Positions 1 to 10,928 of a stretch of 36,250 nt of DNA are shown one piece after another (positions within the stretch are counted from its first letter, which is position 1; every line of letters starts with the position of its first letter). Location: positions 884,997-921,246 of the forward strand of contig NC_068995.1 of NCBI RefSeq assembly GCF_001194135.2. Direction: 5' to 3'. Below the pieces are notes generated by a model. It worked only from the letters and a program-made list of their open reading frames with translations, ran no database searches and had not been told where the DNA came from. The DNA is from Octopus bimaculoides. Lineage: Eukaryota. Position numbers and translations under genes: made by a program.

Positions 1-429
1 GAAGGCGGTGGCGCAGACAGAGAGAGAGAGAGAGAAAGTGAGAGAGAGAAAGAGAAAGAAAGAAAGAAAGAAAAAGAGAGGGGGAGAAAGAGAGATAAAG
101 AAATTTAGGGAGCGTTGATGATGTTTTATCAAAAGTAGTAGTGTTAATGGTGGCAGTGGGAGTAATAATAAGAGGGAGAGAAAGAGTGGGTATGTGAGAG
201 AAAGAGGGAGATGATGTACAACTGTTTAACCATGTCTCTTTGACAGAAATTCTTGTGGCCAACATACTGAACCAGCATACTGAACACTATCATTTTTGTT
301 TTATTTTTTGCTTTCTTTNNNNNNNNNNATATATATATATATACACACACATCTATATACATATATACAAACATACACACTCGCGCGCGCGCACACACAC
401 ACACACATACACACTCACACAAAGATAAA

Positions 430-546
430 TTGACAGAAGCGTTAGAGCATCAGATGGAACAGTCGGTGGCCTTTGTTCCGACTCTATACCCTCTAATTTC
501 AAATTCTATCGAAGTTGACTTTGCCATTCATCCTTTCAGAACCGAG
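430..546 (+). mobile_element. Degenerate copy of the second SINE family
   Basis: TTCAAATTCTATCGAAGTTGACTTTGCCATTCATCCTTTC matches the reverse complement of the core of 2899-3079. Confidence 0.6.
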
Positions 547-1070
547 AAGAAAGAGAAAAAAAATATCAATGGAGAGTGCATTGATGGATTGGCGCCACCG
601 AATGAAGGTCGGACTGGATAGTAATGTTTCTGTGTGTTGATGACACGATGATAACTGATCGCACGACAAACCTTGTCGTTCGATTGTGAGTCCGGATGTG
701 TACGAAGTACTGCAACAGGCATAAGAGTCAAGCGCTTTATGCATGATTAACGAACACTCATCGCTGTTGCAGTTCCATAAGCAGCAGTACTTCAGCCAGG
801 ACAGTAATCTATGCGGATTAAAGGATGGGTAATAATAACAAAGCCTGATCTTTTGTTCCACTTAACCAAATCCATTAATGAATGTATTAACGTCACTTTC
901 TATTGAGGTGTGGACGTCGTCTGATCTTGGCAAAGTGAAGGAGATTCGAATTGGGATTCGTCGCATATCTCTTTATATTTTATGTAACCAGGAGTGGTTC
1001 GAGTAGTTTACGGAAAATAAAGAGACGGGACATATACTACAAGGTTTCCGGTCCAGGAGTGGTAACATGG

Positions 1071-1185
1071 TTTTCATCGACACCCTAAAGGGTGAAAGGA
1101 TGACTGTCGCAGAATTTGAAACCAAGACGCTGACAATCGGAACAAATACTGAGATTCTAAACACTTCAATATTTCGACGATTTTG
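1071..1185 (-). mobile_element. Degenerate copy of the second SINE family
   Basis: Reverse strand TTCAAATTCTGCGACAGTCATCCTTTCACCCTTTAGGGTGTCGATGAAAA resembles the same TTCAAATTC...TCATCCTTT...GTCGAT core. Confidence 0.5.
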
Positions 1186-1238
1186 TAAATTACTACAAAG
1201 AGGAAATTTATTTAACCCCAAAGTAAAATATACATACA

Positions 1239-1272
<34 letters not shown>

Positions 1273-1330
1273 CATAAATACATACATACATACACATAGA
1301 CATATATACATACAGAAATATATATATACA

Positions 1331-1333
<3 letters not shown>

Positions 1334-1419
<86 letters not shown>
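1334..1419. repeat. (AT)n microsatellite
   Basis: Directly visible, within a longer AT/ACAT-rich tract (about 1230-1480). Confidence 0.95.
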
Positions 1420-1429
<10 letters not shown>

Positions 1430-2402
1430 AAAGATATATACATGCATACATTTATACATATAAATACATACAAACATACATAGATGGGTATGGCAATCTT
1501 GAAGATCTGTAAAAAAAAAACTTTGCAACTCTTTTTTGATGTTCCACCTGTAATTCCTCTCCGCATTTCTTATCCAAATTCCATCAATGGAACCATGGTT
1601 CTTTGTTAGGAACCATACCGTTCTTTCAAGAAAGAATTCAAGAAATGAAAACAAAAATAGAAATACAACATGCATGTATCATCAACCTTATTTCATCATC
1701 AACATCATCATCATCATCATTCTTCTTATTATTTTTATTAGATAAAAATCGGCATTTACAGTATGAGCATAATGTAAGAAACATTATAATCATTCCGTAA
1801 AGGCCGATTTTAATCTAATAATAATAATGATGATGATGGTGATAATAATAAAAAGGAGGAGGGGAGGAGGCGTGTTTTAAATACTTGAAAGACTATTGAA
1901 AGCTTGCTTAAGATTGCAGGTAGTAACCCGCTACCCACATAAATCCGGCCAAGAATAAGAACGTACCTAATACAAATCAATAATAATAATAATGGTAATA
2001 ATAATAATGATCTCTCTTCAAAGGTTCTGTATTGAGTACTTTTTCTTTGTGTCCGTTTAGCTACTTCCTTCAACGCAAACGGATTTTATCATGTGTGCGT
2101 ATGTGTGTCTGTGTCTGTGTGTTTATACATGTTATACGGAAACTGTTTTCTATAAGCTGAAAATATTGAAAGGCGCTTACACCAAAAATTACTTCCATCG
2201 GGTCTGTGTCAAATCTATTTTTTAAAAGATTTTATTTCTTACATAATTAGATTTCCAAGTATTGTGAGTGTATCTAGAAATTTTGCAAAAACCTTTTTAA
2301 ATATACATTTATAAATACATATGTGTGTGTGTGCGTGCGTGCATATAAATATACAAACATGCATACACACACACACAACACACGCACACACACAACACTC
2401 GC

Positions 2403-2458
2403 ACACATACATACACATACATACATACATACATACATACATACATACATACATACAT
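2403..2458. repeat. (CATA)n microsatellite
   Basis: Directly visible. Confidence 0.95.
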
Positions 2459-2898
2459 AGGGGGTAGGAGCGATTAGAATGCGTGTATTAGATAGCACAA
2501 TTTGATAGGGAGATCTAACGTGATGTTTTCCTTGTAGGGTGTAATAAAAACAAAAACAAAACGGACACACAGACACAGAAATATTTATCAAAGCAAAGAG
2601 GTGAACTACGAGTTCAAATGTATGAAAAGACAGGAAATAAAAAAAAAGAAATATGAGAAATTCATTGGAAGAGTTCAATGAATTCAAAATTTGAATCAAT
2701 AATTTTAAATGGGAGAAATGATAATTAAACATCTGAATGTTAACATTGTATGAATAATGTATAACATGAGTGGTGGAATAGCATGTTGAAAGAGAAATCG
2801 TTATAAAAACCTTATTTATATCTAAGGCTCATAAGTATACAGGGATCACAGTTTACCCCTGAACGGGACGCCAGCACTTTGTGGGGTTAAAGGTTAAT

Positions 2899-3079
2899 AA
2901 TTTTTGAAGGGAGGAGATAAGTCGATTACATCGACCCTAGTATTTTACTGGCATTTTATTTGATCGACCCCGAAGCAGTTGAAAGATAAGTTGACCTCAG
3001 TGGAATTTGAATTCAGAGCATAAAGAGGCGAAAGAAATGCTGTAAAGCACTTTGTCCGTCTTTCTAATGATTCCACCAG
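2899..3079 (-). mobile_element. tRNA-derived SINE, second family (minus strand)
   Basis: GATAAGTCGATTACATCGACCCTAG...GATCGACCCCGAAG...AAGTTGACCTCAGTGGAATTTGAATTCAGAGC. The reverse strand has a B-box-like TTCAAATTCC, and the core is shared with the copies at 430-546 and 1071-1185. Confidence 0.75.
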
Positions 3080-3542
3080 TTTTAGAAAAACGTTATAAAA
3101 GATCTTATCAGGATCAAAGTTGATGCTCGGAAGAAGTTAGAATAAGGACCAAAGTAATAATGATCATCCTTTCTTCTACAGACACATTGGTTTTGATGTT
3201 CATGGTGGACTTTACCTTGAATCCCCAGAGTCTTTTGGTCCATGTGAGATCTTCCGGGTTTATTTTAATTTTTCACGTAAATCCCAGCAAAATTCCTCGT
3301 TAATCCAAAGACAGAAAAACCATGGTTAATTTATTACATTGAATTATTCATTATTTTCAAAAATAATTGATTCATACGGAGTGCTTTTTAACGGCTTGGA
3401 TAGAATGCCTCGCAGAGGAACTGATCTGGAAATCACTTGATTGCGAAACGAACTTTTTAATCACGCAGCCATATTTGCGCCTATAAACACGCGCGCGCGC
3501 GCACACATATATATAAATATATGTTAGTATGTATGTATAACG

Positions 3543-3543
<1 letters not shown>

Positions 3544-3611
<68 letters not shown>
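3544..3611. repeat. (AT)n microsatellite
   Basis: Directly visible. Confidence 0.95.
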
Positions 3612-3615
<4 letters not shown>

Positions 3616-3685
3616 AAGAGTAAAATCGACAGGCAGGGTGTGTATGATTGCAACAAACATTTCTTTTCTGGAAAACCCACTCGCA

Positions 3686-3687
<2 letters not shown>

Positions 3688-3739
<52 letters not shown>

Positions 3740-3753
3740 GTGGTGGTGGTGGT
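3688..3753. repeat. Compound (GTA)17(GGT)n microsatellite
   Basis: Directly visible. Confidence 0.95.
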
Positions 3754-4483
3754 TTTGGAGATGATGGTAGCAGTATTAGCGGTCTGATCCCATTGAAAGC
3801 AACGTTAGCATCTTCACCACCACCGCCGCTGCAGCCATTACTTCTGTCACAACCGCCGCCATTGTTTTTCTGGTGATGGGTGAGTAAGAATGTCGGCCAT
3901 GTGACACGACAGCACAAATGTTATTTGATGTCATGAGTTCATGACCTCCATTGTCACTGCCAATTATCGTCTGCTTTTTCTACAAATGATTCTGTTAGAA
4001 GCGAAATAGAAGCAGAGTGGATGTGATAAGGGGATAAAGATGTCGTTTGATGTCTTAATTTCTGTTAAGAAACGGACACAACAGCAAGCATTCTTGAAGG
4101 TTGTAAGCAAACTATTTAGTGTCAGGTTCGAATGGAGACGGCTTTCAGCGGCACACAGACATTTAGAGAACTATCGGTTGACAAGATAATCTTCTTGTTG
4201 CTATATTTATTGTACCACTGGTTGGATATACATTGTGAACTTTCTCTTTCTCCCTCATTCATTTCTCTTCTTCTGTCTTGAACCAGCCAAATTCCCTCCC
4301 TCCCCTTCCCCCTCTCTTTCTCACTCACACACACACACTCTTTCTCTCTCTCTTTCTCTTCTCTTTCTCACGGTCTCTCAATATATGTAAACACTTGAAA
4401 GTAAAGACTTCAGGCTGAACAAAGAAGAGAAATGATACTAATTCACGCTACCGAAAGAAAAATGTCAAAATTCATTAGTCTTT

Positions 4484-4522
4484 TATTCTTTTACTTGTTT
4501 CAGTTATATTAGATTGTGACCA
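4484..4522 (-). mobile_element. Short antisense SINE tail fragment
   Basis: TTATTCTTTTACTTGTTTCAGTTATATTAGATTGTGACC is the reverse complement of a degenerate ...GACTGAAACAAGTAAAAG tail like that at 18690-18718. Confidence 0.4.
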
Positions 4523-4954
4523 GACTGAAACACACAGCCTTGAGAAAGTTAAAACGGCAAGATTGAGTGAGATGAGAACATACGCTTCTAAAGCTGAAAT
4601 TTGAGTTGGAATCTGATGTCTCTGACCTTGATAATTGGGATTTTATTCGAGAATCAAAGAAATGAAATTATTTTCCACCTGGTTTATGCTTCAACCGTCA
4701 ACATATCAAGAAGCAAGATAAAGCTTACAGAACCTTTATCTAAATAACATCGTCATGAAAATCAATTTGGTTAACGTTCATTCACAACCCAAGGGAAGTC
4801 GAACTCAGCACTTCAAGTTTACAGACTTGTTAATATTTAATATATTAAGTTGTTGCCACTGCTTGCAGCTACGAGAATCGTTTCTTAATCTATGGGGGCC
4901 TATTGACAGCCTAGTAGAATGGAGCCGCTTCAGGCTTCAGTCTACTACAGTCTA

Positions 4955-5041
4955 TAACCAGCTAGAAGAGATGTCGTCTTGGGGTTAAAACATCGCAGTA
5001 AAGTCCGTTCGAACGGACAGCCATATTGAAGTGGCTACGAA
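4955..5041 (+). repeat. Unclassified dispersed repeat, copy 1 (contains 16-bp perfect palindrome at 5003-5018)
   Basis: Aligns by eye with about 10 differences to 21146-21234. GTCCGTTCGAACGGAC is self-complementary. Confidence 0.85.
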
Positions 5042-5244
5042 CATACATATATATATATATATANNNNNNNNNNNNNNNNNNNNNNNNNNNNNNNNNNNNN
5101 NNNNNNNNNNNNNNNNNNNNNNNNNNNNNNNNNNNNNNNNNNNNNNNNNNNNNNNNNNNNNNNNNNNNNNNNNNNNNNNNNNNNNNNNNNNNNNNNNNNN
5201 NNNTATATATATATATATTGAAAGAAGTAACCGGTGTCCACATA

Positions 5245-5420
5245 GCCATCTGGACTCTAATAATTTTAAGTGACACTCAATGATGTCAAGCTGCTTGCGA
5301 CTCTATTCACGCCGCCATCTTTATTCTGATGATCTTAAGTGATACTCGACCATATCTGCATATCTTAGCGCTACCCACGCAGCCATCTGCTCTAGTTTAA
5401 GTGCTACTCATTGATATGCT
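5245..5420. repeat. Degenerate ~68-bp minisatellite, three units
   Basis: GCCATCT...TCT...TTAAGTG.(C/T)ACTC recurs at 5245, 5314 and 5382. Confidence 0.55.
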
Positions 5421-6639
5421 GTAATAATAAGGACATCATTCACTCAATGGCTAAATTAGTCATTTAAAAAGAAAATTAAATATTTTTATTCGTAGTCATT
5501 GATTAATCACTGTTAATGAGAGAGTAAAGTGGACAATATCAGACTGATGAAGTAAGCTAAGAAATTTAATTAAAACTACGCTCTTTACGTTTGGGACATG
5601 TCATCTGAATATCTAATTCTGGTATAAAAATGCTAAGGCAATAAGACCGAAATTTCAATCAATTAAATTAATTATAAAATGCAATTGGGGAGTGAGTCTT
5701 GTCTTTAGATATAAGACCACAATTCTTCACATAAACCGCAGTTACAATATCTTTATAAGTATAACGAAATTTATATAAACGGTATAAGATTGATATTTGG
5801 GAATTAATAATTACAGTATAATTACATAATGTGATTAATTGACAAATACGTTATATAATATTCCGTTCTTTTATTCTTTTCTTTGTTTCTGTTACTGGAC
5901 TGCGACAACCCTTACCAAACCTATTACCCCTACCACGTGTGCCCTTCCCCTCAAACTGAGAAAAACACTATATTACAGATACTGCTCATACGTTCACTTC
6001 CACATACATCCATACATACGCACATATTTACACGCCCACACACACGCAGACACACACCTTACGACACATACATACACATACTACCACTCAAACTGCCTCA
6101 ACACATACAGACATTATGACAAATGTACATATTTCTTACCTTATTCGCTCCCCACTCCAAGAAACCGCCCACAAATACGTCTATACACGCGCGCGCGTGT
6201 GGTATAAGGATGCCACCCCGCCTAGCCAGCGGGTAGGCATAATTCGGAAGCTGCAACAATGTGAGCAAACACATTGTGACCGGCGGGGTAGAACAACATC
6301 CTACAGTTTGGTCGATACAGTAATAGACAGACAGACAGACAAATGCATACACACACGTATGTGTGTGTGTGTGTGTGTGTGTATGAATGTATACACACGC
6401 ACACGCTCACACATACGCGCTAAAAATAGATATACATTCCTAGAATGAATAACATTACCTTTATGCATATATGGAGGACGGGGGCTCAAATGAAGTTGAT
6501 AGACTAGTATTGCCCTGGGGCACACTATTTCATTTCATAATTGTTTTCTAGATTTTGTTTTTTATTTAAAATTGTTTTGTCTGCTCTAATAAGAATGTCA
6601 ATCAATGAATGGTATGTCCTCCCTCTCCACCCCCACCCC

Positions 6640-7445
6640 NNNNNNNNNNNNNNNNNNNNNNNNNNNNNNNNNNNNNNNNNNNNNNNNNNNNNNNNNNNNN
6701 NNNNNNNNNNNNNNNNNNNNNNNNNNNNNNNNNNNNNNNNNNNNNNNNNNNNNNNNNNNNNNNNNNNNNNNNNNNNNNNNNNNNNNNNNNNNNNNNNNNN
6801 NNNNNNNNNNNNNNNNNNNNNNNNNNNNNNNNNNNNNNNNNNNNNNNNNNNNNNNNNNNNNNNNNNNNNNNNNNNNNNNNNNNNNNNNNNNNNNNNNNNN
6901 NNNNNNNNNNNNNNNNNNNNNNNNNNNNNNNNNNNNNNNNNNNNNNNNNNNNNNNNNNNNNNNNNNNNNNNNNNNNNNNNNNNNNNNNNNNNNNNNNNNN
7001 NNNNNNNNNNNNNNNNNNNNNNNNNNNNNNNNNNNNNNNNNNNNNNNNNNNNNNNNNNNNNNNNNNNNNNNNNNNNNNNNNNNNNNNNNNNNNNNNNNNN
7101 NNNNNNNNNNNNNNNNNNNNNNNNNNNNNNNNNNNNNNNNNNNNNNNNNNNNNNNNNNNNNNNNNNNNNNNNNNNNNNNNNNNNNNNNNNNNNNNNNNNN
7201 NNNNNNNNNNNNNNNNNNNNNNNNNNNNNNNNNNNNNNNNNNNNNNNNNNNNNNNNNNNNNNNNNNNNNNNNNNNNNNNNNNNNNNNNNNNNNNNNNNNN
7301 NNNNNNNNNNNNNNNNNNNNNNNNNNNNNNNNNNNNNNNNNNNNNNNNNNNNNNNNNNNNNNNNNNNNNNNNNNNNNNNNNNNNNNNNNNNNNNNNNNNN
7401 NNNNNNNNNNNNNNNNNNNNNNNNNNNNNNNNNNNNNNNNNNNNN
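6640..7445. other. Assembly gap (one of ten: 319-328, 5064-5203, 6640-7445, 14643-14806, 19505-19937, 20358-20937, 25313-26184, 28354-29059, 32706-32843, 33243-33537)
   Basis: Runs of N, nearly all flanked by simple repeats. Confidence 0.99.
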
Positions 7446-7899
7446 GTGGTGGTGGTGGTGGTGGTGGTGGTGGTGGTCGGCGACGACGACGACGACGATG
7501 GCGAGTGTGTTGATAGCGTTGATAACTGGAAAGTTGGTGATAATGGGAGATATTGTGATGATGATGATGGTGGTGTTAGTGGTGGAGAGAGAGAGAGGGA
7601 GGGTGGTGGTGATGTCGGCTGGGATGCTGTGGGGTTGTATCCATTGGTGGAGCGGGATTGAAGAATGCGTCTGCCTCATTTAACGAGTCAATCTATCAAG
7701 TTGATTGGACTCATTCTGGCATCTTTTTAACATCTGGTCACATTGAATTCACACACACACACACACATCAATGCATAAACACATATATACGTATGTATGT
7801 ATATATATATATGCATATAAGTGAGTGTGTTTGTATGTGCGCGCGTGCATGCATACCTGCGCGCGCGCGCGCGTGTGTGTTGTTCCGGTAATCCCTACA

Positions 7900-8050
7900 C
7901 ATTTTTTTCTCTTTCAATCCTCTTTTATCGACGAGCGTAAGCTCGAAACGTCAAAGACTTTCTCATTCTTCCCGAGCGTCTAACTAATACACCTGCTTGT
8001 TGTTCCCTCACCTATTTTCGTCTTCATTTTTTCCGTAAATTTGAACTATA
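7900..8050 (+). mobile_element. Probable Penelope-like element terminal segment with degenerate minimal hammerhead motif
   Basis: TCTTTTATC-GACGAGCGTAAGCTCGAAACGTCAAAGA has the order stem I / (C)UGAnGA / short stem II / GAAA / palindromic ACGU stem III / UC cleavage triplet end / stem I'. It is followed by a pyrimidine-rich stretch ending at an AT microsatellite. Confidence 0.45.
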
Positions 8051-8536
8051 TACAATACAACATTATATATATATAGATAGATATATATATAAATATATAT
8101 TATGTAGTAATTCTTCAACATGAAGAAAAGCACTCGATCAGCTAAGAGAGTAAAAATAATGTTATAATAAAAAAATACAAATCTTGTTAAATACAGCTGC
8201 CCAAGGTTTCCTGGTCGAAACAATAATTTATTCCGCCATTTATCAAACTGAGAACAAAACTGTTTGTCAGATGTCTTTTGAGCAGATAACGTTTAAACAA
8301 GAGACACTGGCAAAAAACACAAAGGGGATAACCAACGTTACAATGATTCGATGTCAAGCAGATGTAAACACGATGTTAATGGTTTACTAAGTATCCGGTG
8401 GTCTACTTTTAAATTCCGGCAAGATGTATTACCTGAGATGCGGACACACAGAAAAAGTCTCGTTCCTGGAATTTATGTACTCGTTGGAGGTTCTAGTTTT
8501 GTAAAGGATTTTCCATTTGATGTCGAAACTGGTCCC

Positions 8537-8576
8537 TATATATATATATATGTATGTATGTATGTATGTATATATG

Positions 8577-8643
<67 letters not shown>

Positions 8644-8745
8644 GTTTTGTATAAATATGTGTATGCACACACATACACACACACATATATATACGTTTTT
8701 GTTGATCTTTCTATCATGGAACAGTACATTATATATGTGTGCGTG

Positions 8746-8799
<54 letters not shown>
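8537..8799. repeat. (AT)n / (ATGT)n / (GT)n microsatellite cluster
   Basis: Directly visible. Confidence 0.95.
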
Positions 8800-8802
<3 letters not shown>

Positions 8803-9260
8803 TTATGTATGTATGAGTTGACCTGAGTTCTTTCAGGGTGAATGGAACGCCACCACTACCACCAGCTCTTACCCCGATGCTAGCAATGGGATCATCCTTA
8901 TTTCCACCACCACCAACACCATAGTCACTATCACAACTACTTCTGTTGTCTCTACTACAACCATCACCATCACCATCATCGCCACTGCAATTGCCATCTC
9001 CGACCGCCGCCGCCACCAGCAACAATCGCTAACACAATCACCGCTGACCTACGTTTGTGTAATAGTACAACAATGCACGATTCATGTACTATGTGACCAT
9101 CACCACCTCCAGCACCGCCACTAAATACATACGCGTATGCATACATACGTCCATCCATTCATACATGTGTACATTTATGCATACATACATGCAAATATGT
9201 ATGTATACTTACATATGTATATAAATACATACATACACACATTTATACATGCACACATCT

Positions 9261-9328
9261 ATACATACATACATACATACATACATACATACATACATAC
9301 ATACATACATACATACATACATACATAC
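9261..9328. repeat. (CATA)n microsatellite
   Basis: Directly visible. Confidence 0.95.
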
Positions 9329-9592
9329 ACAATGTAATATAAACTTCAGATGTTTGAAAGCCGCGAGGCATAAAGAAAATTTACGTATACTTTTAATGTC
9401 AGAGAAACATTTTATTGCAAAAAAAAAATTAAGAAACAAGCGATAATATTTATTCATATAGATTTTTTTAAAACCCAATCTACTATTAGTTTTCGTCAGC
9501 ACAAACTACACAGGCACACGCGCGCATGCATGCTGATATATATATATATATATATAAATATATATATATATATGTATATGTATATGTATATC

Positions 9593-10242
9593 CAGGGTGC
9601 GTCAGTTTTTTGAAGACATCTCTTTCAAGAGCTCTAACTCTTTTCTAACTTTTTTTTTCTGTACCTTACTTTTCAGATAAATCATGCCAGACACCAGGTT
9701 GACTCAGCAAATAGAAAGGCCGGCTGTAATTGCTGTCTTAAAACGCTAGCCGAGTGATAGATAACCTGCTTCCCTAAAGTTCGAAAGGGGATGAAAGCTG
9801 CCGAAGAGGACCCAACATCAGCAATTAACCACAAAATGCATGTACAGCGTCCTAATAGAATCAGACCAAGTAACTTTGTACAAAAAGTTCGAGAAATAAT
9901 CAATAAAATCCTTAGAATTCAACCAGAACATTGTAAAGGGCCACAAGGTTTCAGAATGCACCATCAGAAAAGTTGTGTATGAGGACAGCTGGTACAAGTC
10001 GTATGCGATGCAGTGGGGCCAGTTTATGTCGGATGTGAGAAGGGAGGATCGTTTGACCTGTGCAAAGCGCTTTGTTATACAAGTTAAAACACCAAGAGCC
10101 TCGAATGCTTCGGTTTTGCTCCGATGACAAAAACTTCCACGAGGAAGAAAAGGTAAACCGAAAGAACGACAGACGGTTCTACAGAGACCTGAACGAGGTT
10201 CCAGTAGTCATGCGCACTGAGTTCTCAGCAACTGTTTCTGGG
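9593..10242 (+). mobile_element. Decayed Tc1/mariner-superfamily DNA transposon, maT/DD37D (Bmmar1-like) type; left end plus N-terminal half of transposase, 3'-truncated
   Basis: Begins CAGGGTGCGTCA (typical Tc1/mariner TIR start) next to a TA-rich run. ATG at 9684 gives MPDTRLTQQIERPAVIAVLKR*. Frameshifted segments then read KVRKGMKAAEEDPTSAINHKMHVQRPNRIRPSNFVQKVREII, VSECTIRKVVYEDSWYKSYAMQWGQFMS (HTH region) and LLYKLKHQEPRMLRFCSDDKNFHEEEKVNRKNDRRFYRDLNEVPVVMRTEFSATV, resembling the FSDEKNF...NRRNDR...VM.TKFPATVMV first-catalytic-D block of DD37D transposases. No right TIR seen. Confidence 0.85.
9684..10242 (+). pseudogene. Transposase pseudogene fragment (stops and frameshifts, lacks second and third catalytic residues)
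   Basis: Homology is spread over several frames (ORFs 9791-9982 and 10060-10425) and runs into a CA/TA microsatellite at about 10244. Confidence 0.8.
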
Positions 10243-10359
10243 ATACACACAAACGCATGCACGTTTAAGTATATATGTAACCTTGTATGTATATATGCAT
10301 ATATCTGTATGCATGCAAATGTGTATATAACTCCGTTTGTATGTATGTTTGCATGCATG

Positions 10360-10390
<31 letters not shown>

Positions 10391-10515
10391 TATGTATGCT
10401 CTGGCACATATATCAGGACTGTTGATTCTATCGCATGTTGGCAACTAATTTCTTTTTGATCTAAATTTAGTGCTTACAATGCTAAATATTGCTATACATA
10501 CATATATACATAAAG

Positions 10516-10547
<32 letters not shown>

Positions 10548-10580
10548 GTATATATACACCACAGCCACACACAGCGCGCG

Positions 10581-10618
<38 letters not shown>

Positions 10619-10661
10619 GTGATTTTGGTTCATACGTAAATTCAATATTTCTTTCTCCCAG

Positions 10662-10817
10662 GGAAATCTCAGCGTTGAGCTTCCTCCAGTGGAACAACTG
10701 CAGGATATGCCAAAAAGAAATGGCGGGTGGAGGAGGAGGGTGGAGAGGAAGAAAAGAAGGAAAACGGGAAAGAAGTTTTGGGAGGACAAAATGTTGGGAA
10801 TGGGGGTTGCTGGAGGG
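10662..10817 (+). other. Candidate exon (156 nt, phase 0/0, basic NLS-like peptide), unconfirmed
   Basis: Strong acceptor TCAATATTTCTTTCTCCCAG, open frame GNLSVELPPVEQLQDMPKRNGGWRRRVERKKRRKTGKKFWEDKMLGMGVAGG, weak donor GTCAGA. Confidence 0.15.
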
Positions 10818-10889
10818 GTCAGAGTGAAACTATTAATTTATATGTACTATTAACACACACATATCATATACACATAATACACATATATT

Positions 10890-10928
<39 letters not shown>

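Noticed and set aside
1039-1084. Apparent terminal exon [15 protein letters not shown] on the minus strand
   Set aside because: The acceptor and start of the exon fall inside a degenerate SINE copy (1071-1185).
3182-3242. Candidate exon HIGFDVHGGLYLESPESFGP with CAG/GTGAGA boundaries
   Set aside because: The acceptor overlaps what appears to be a SINE tail remnant and there is no recognisable homology; not supportable as a feature.
4504-4566. Apparent plus-strand exon after TTTTACTTGTTTCAG
   Set aside because: The acceptor is the antisense SINE tail motif, which mimics splice acceptors.
7658-7745. Peptide ESIYQVDWTHSGIFLTSG resembling a WD40 blade
   Set aside because: Single short motif, no usable splice acceptor upstream, and it runs into a CA repeat; likely chance.
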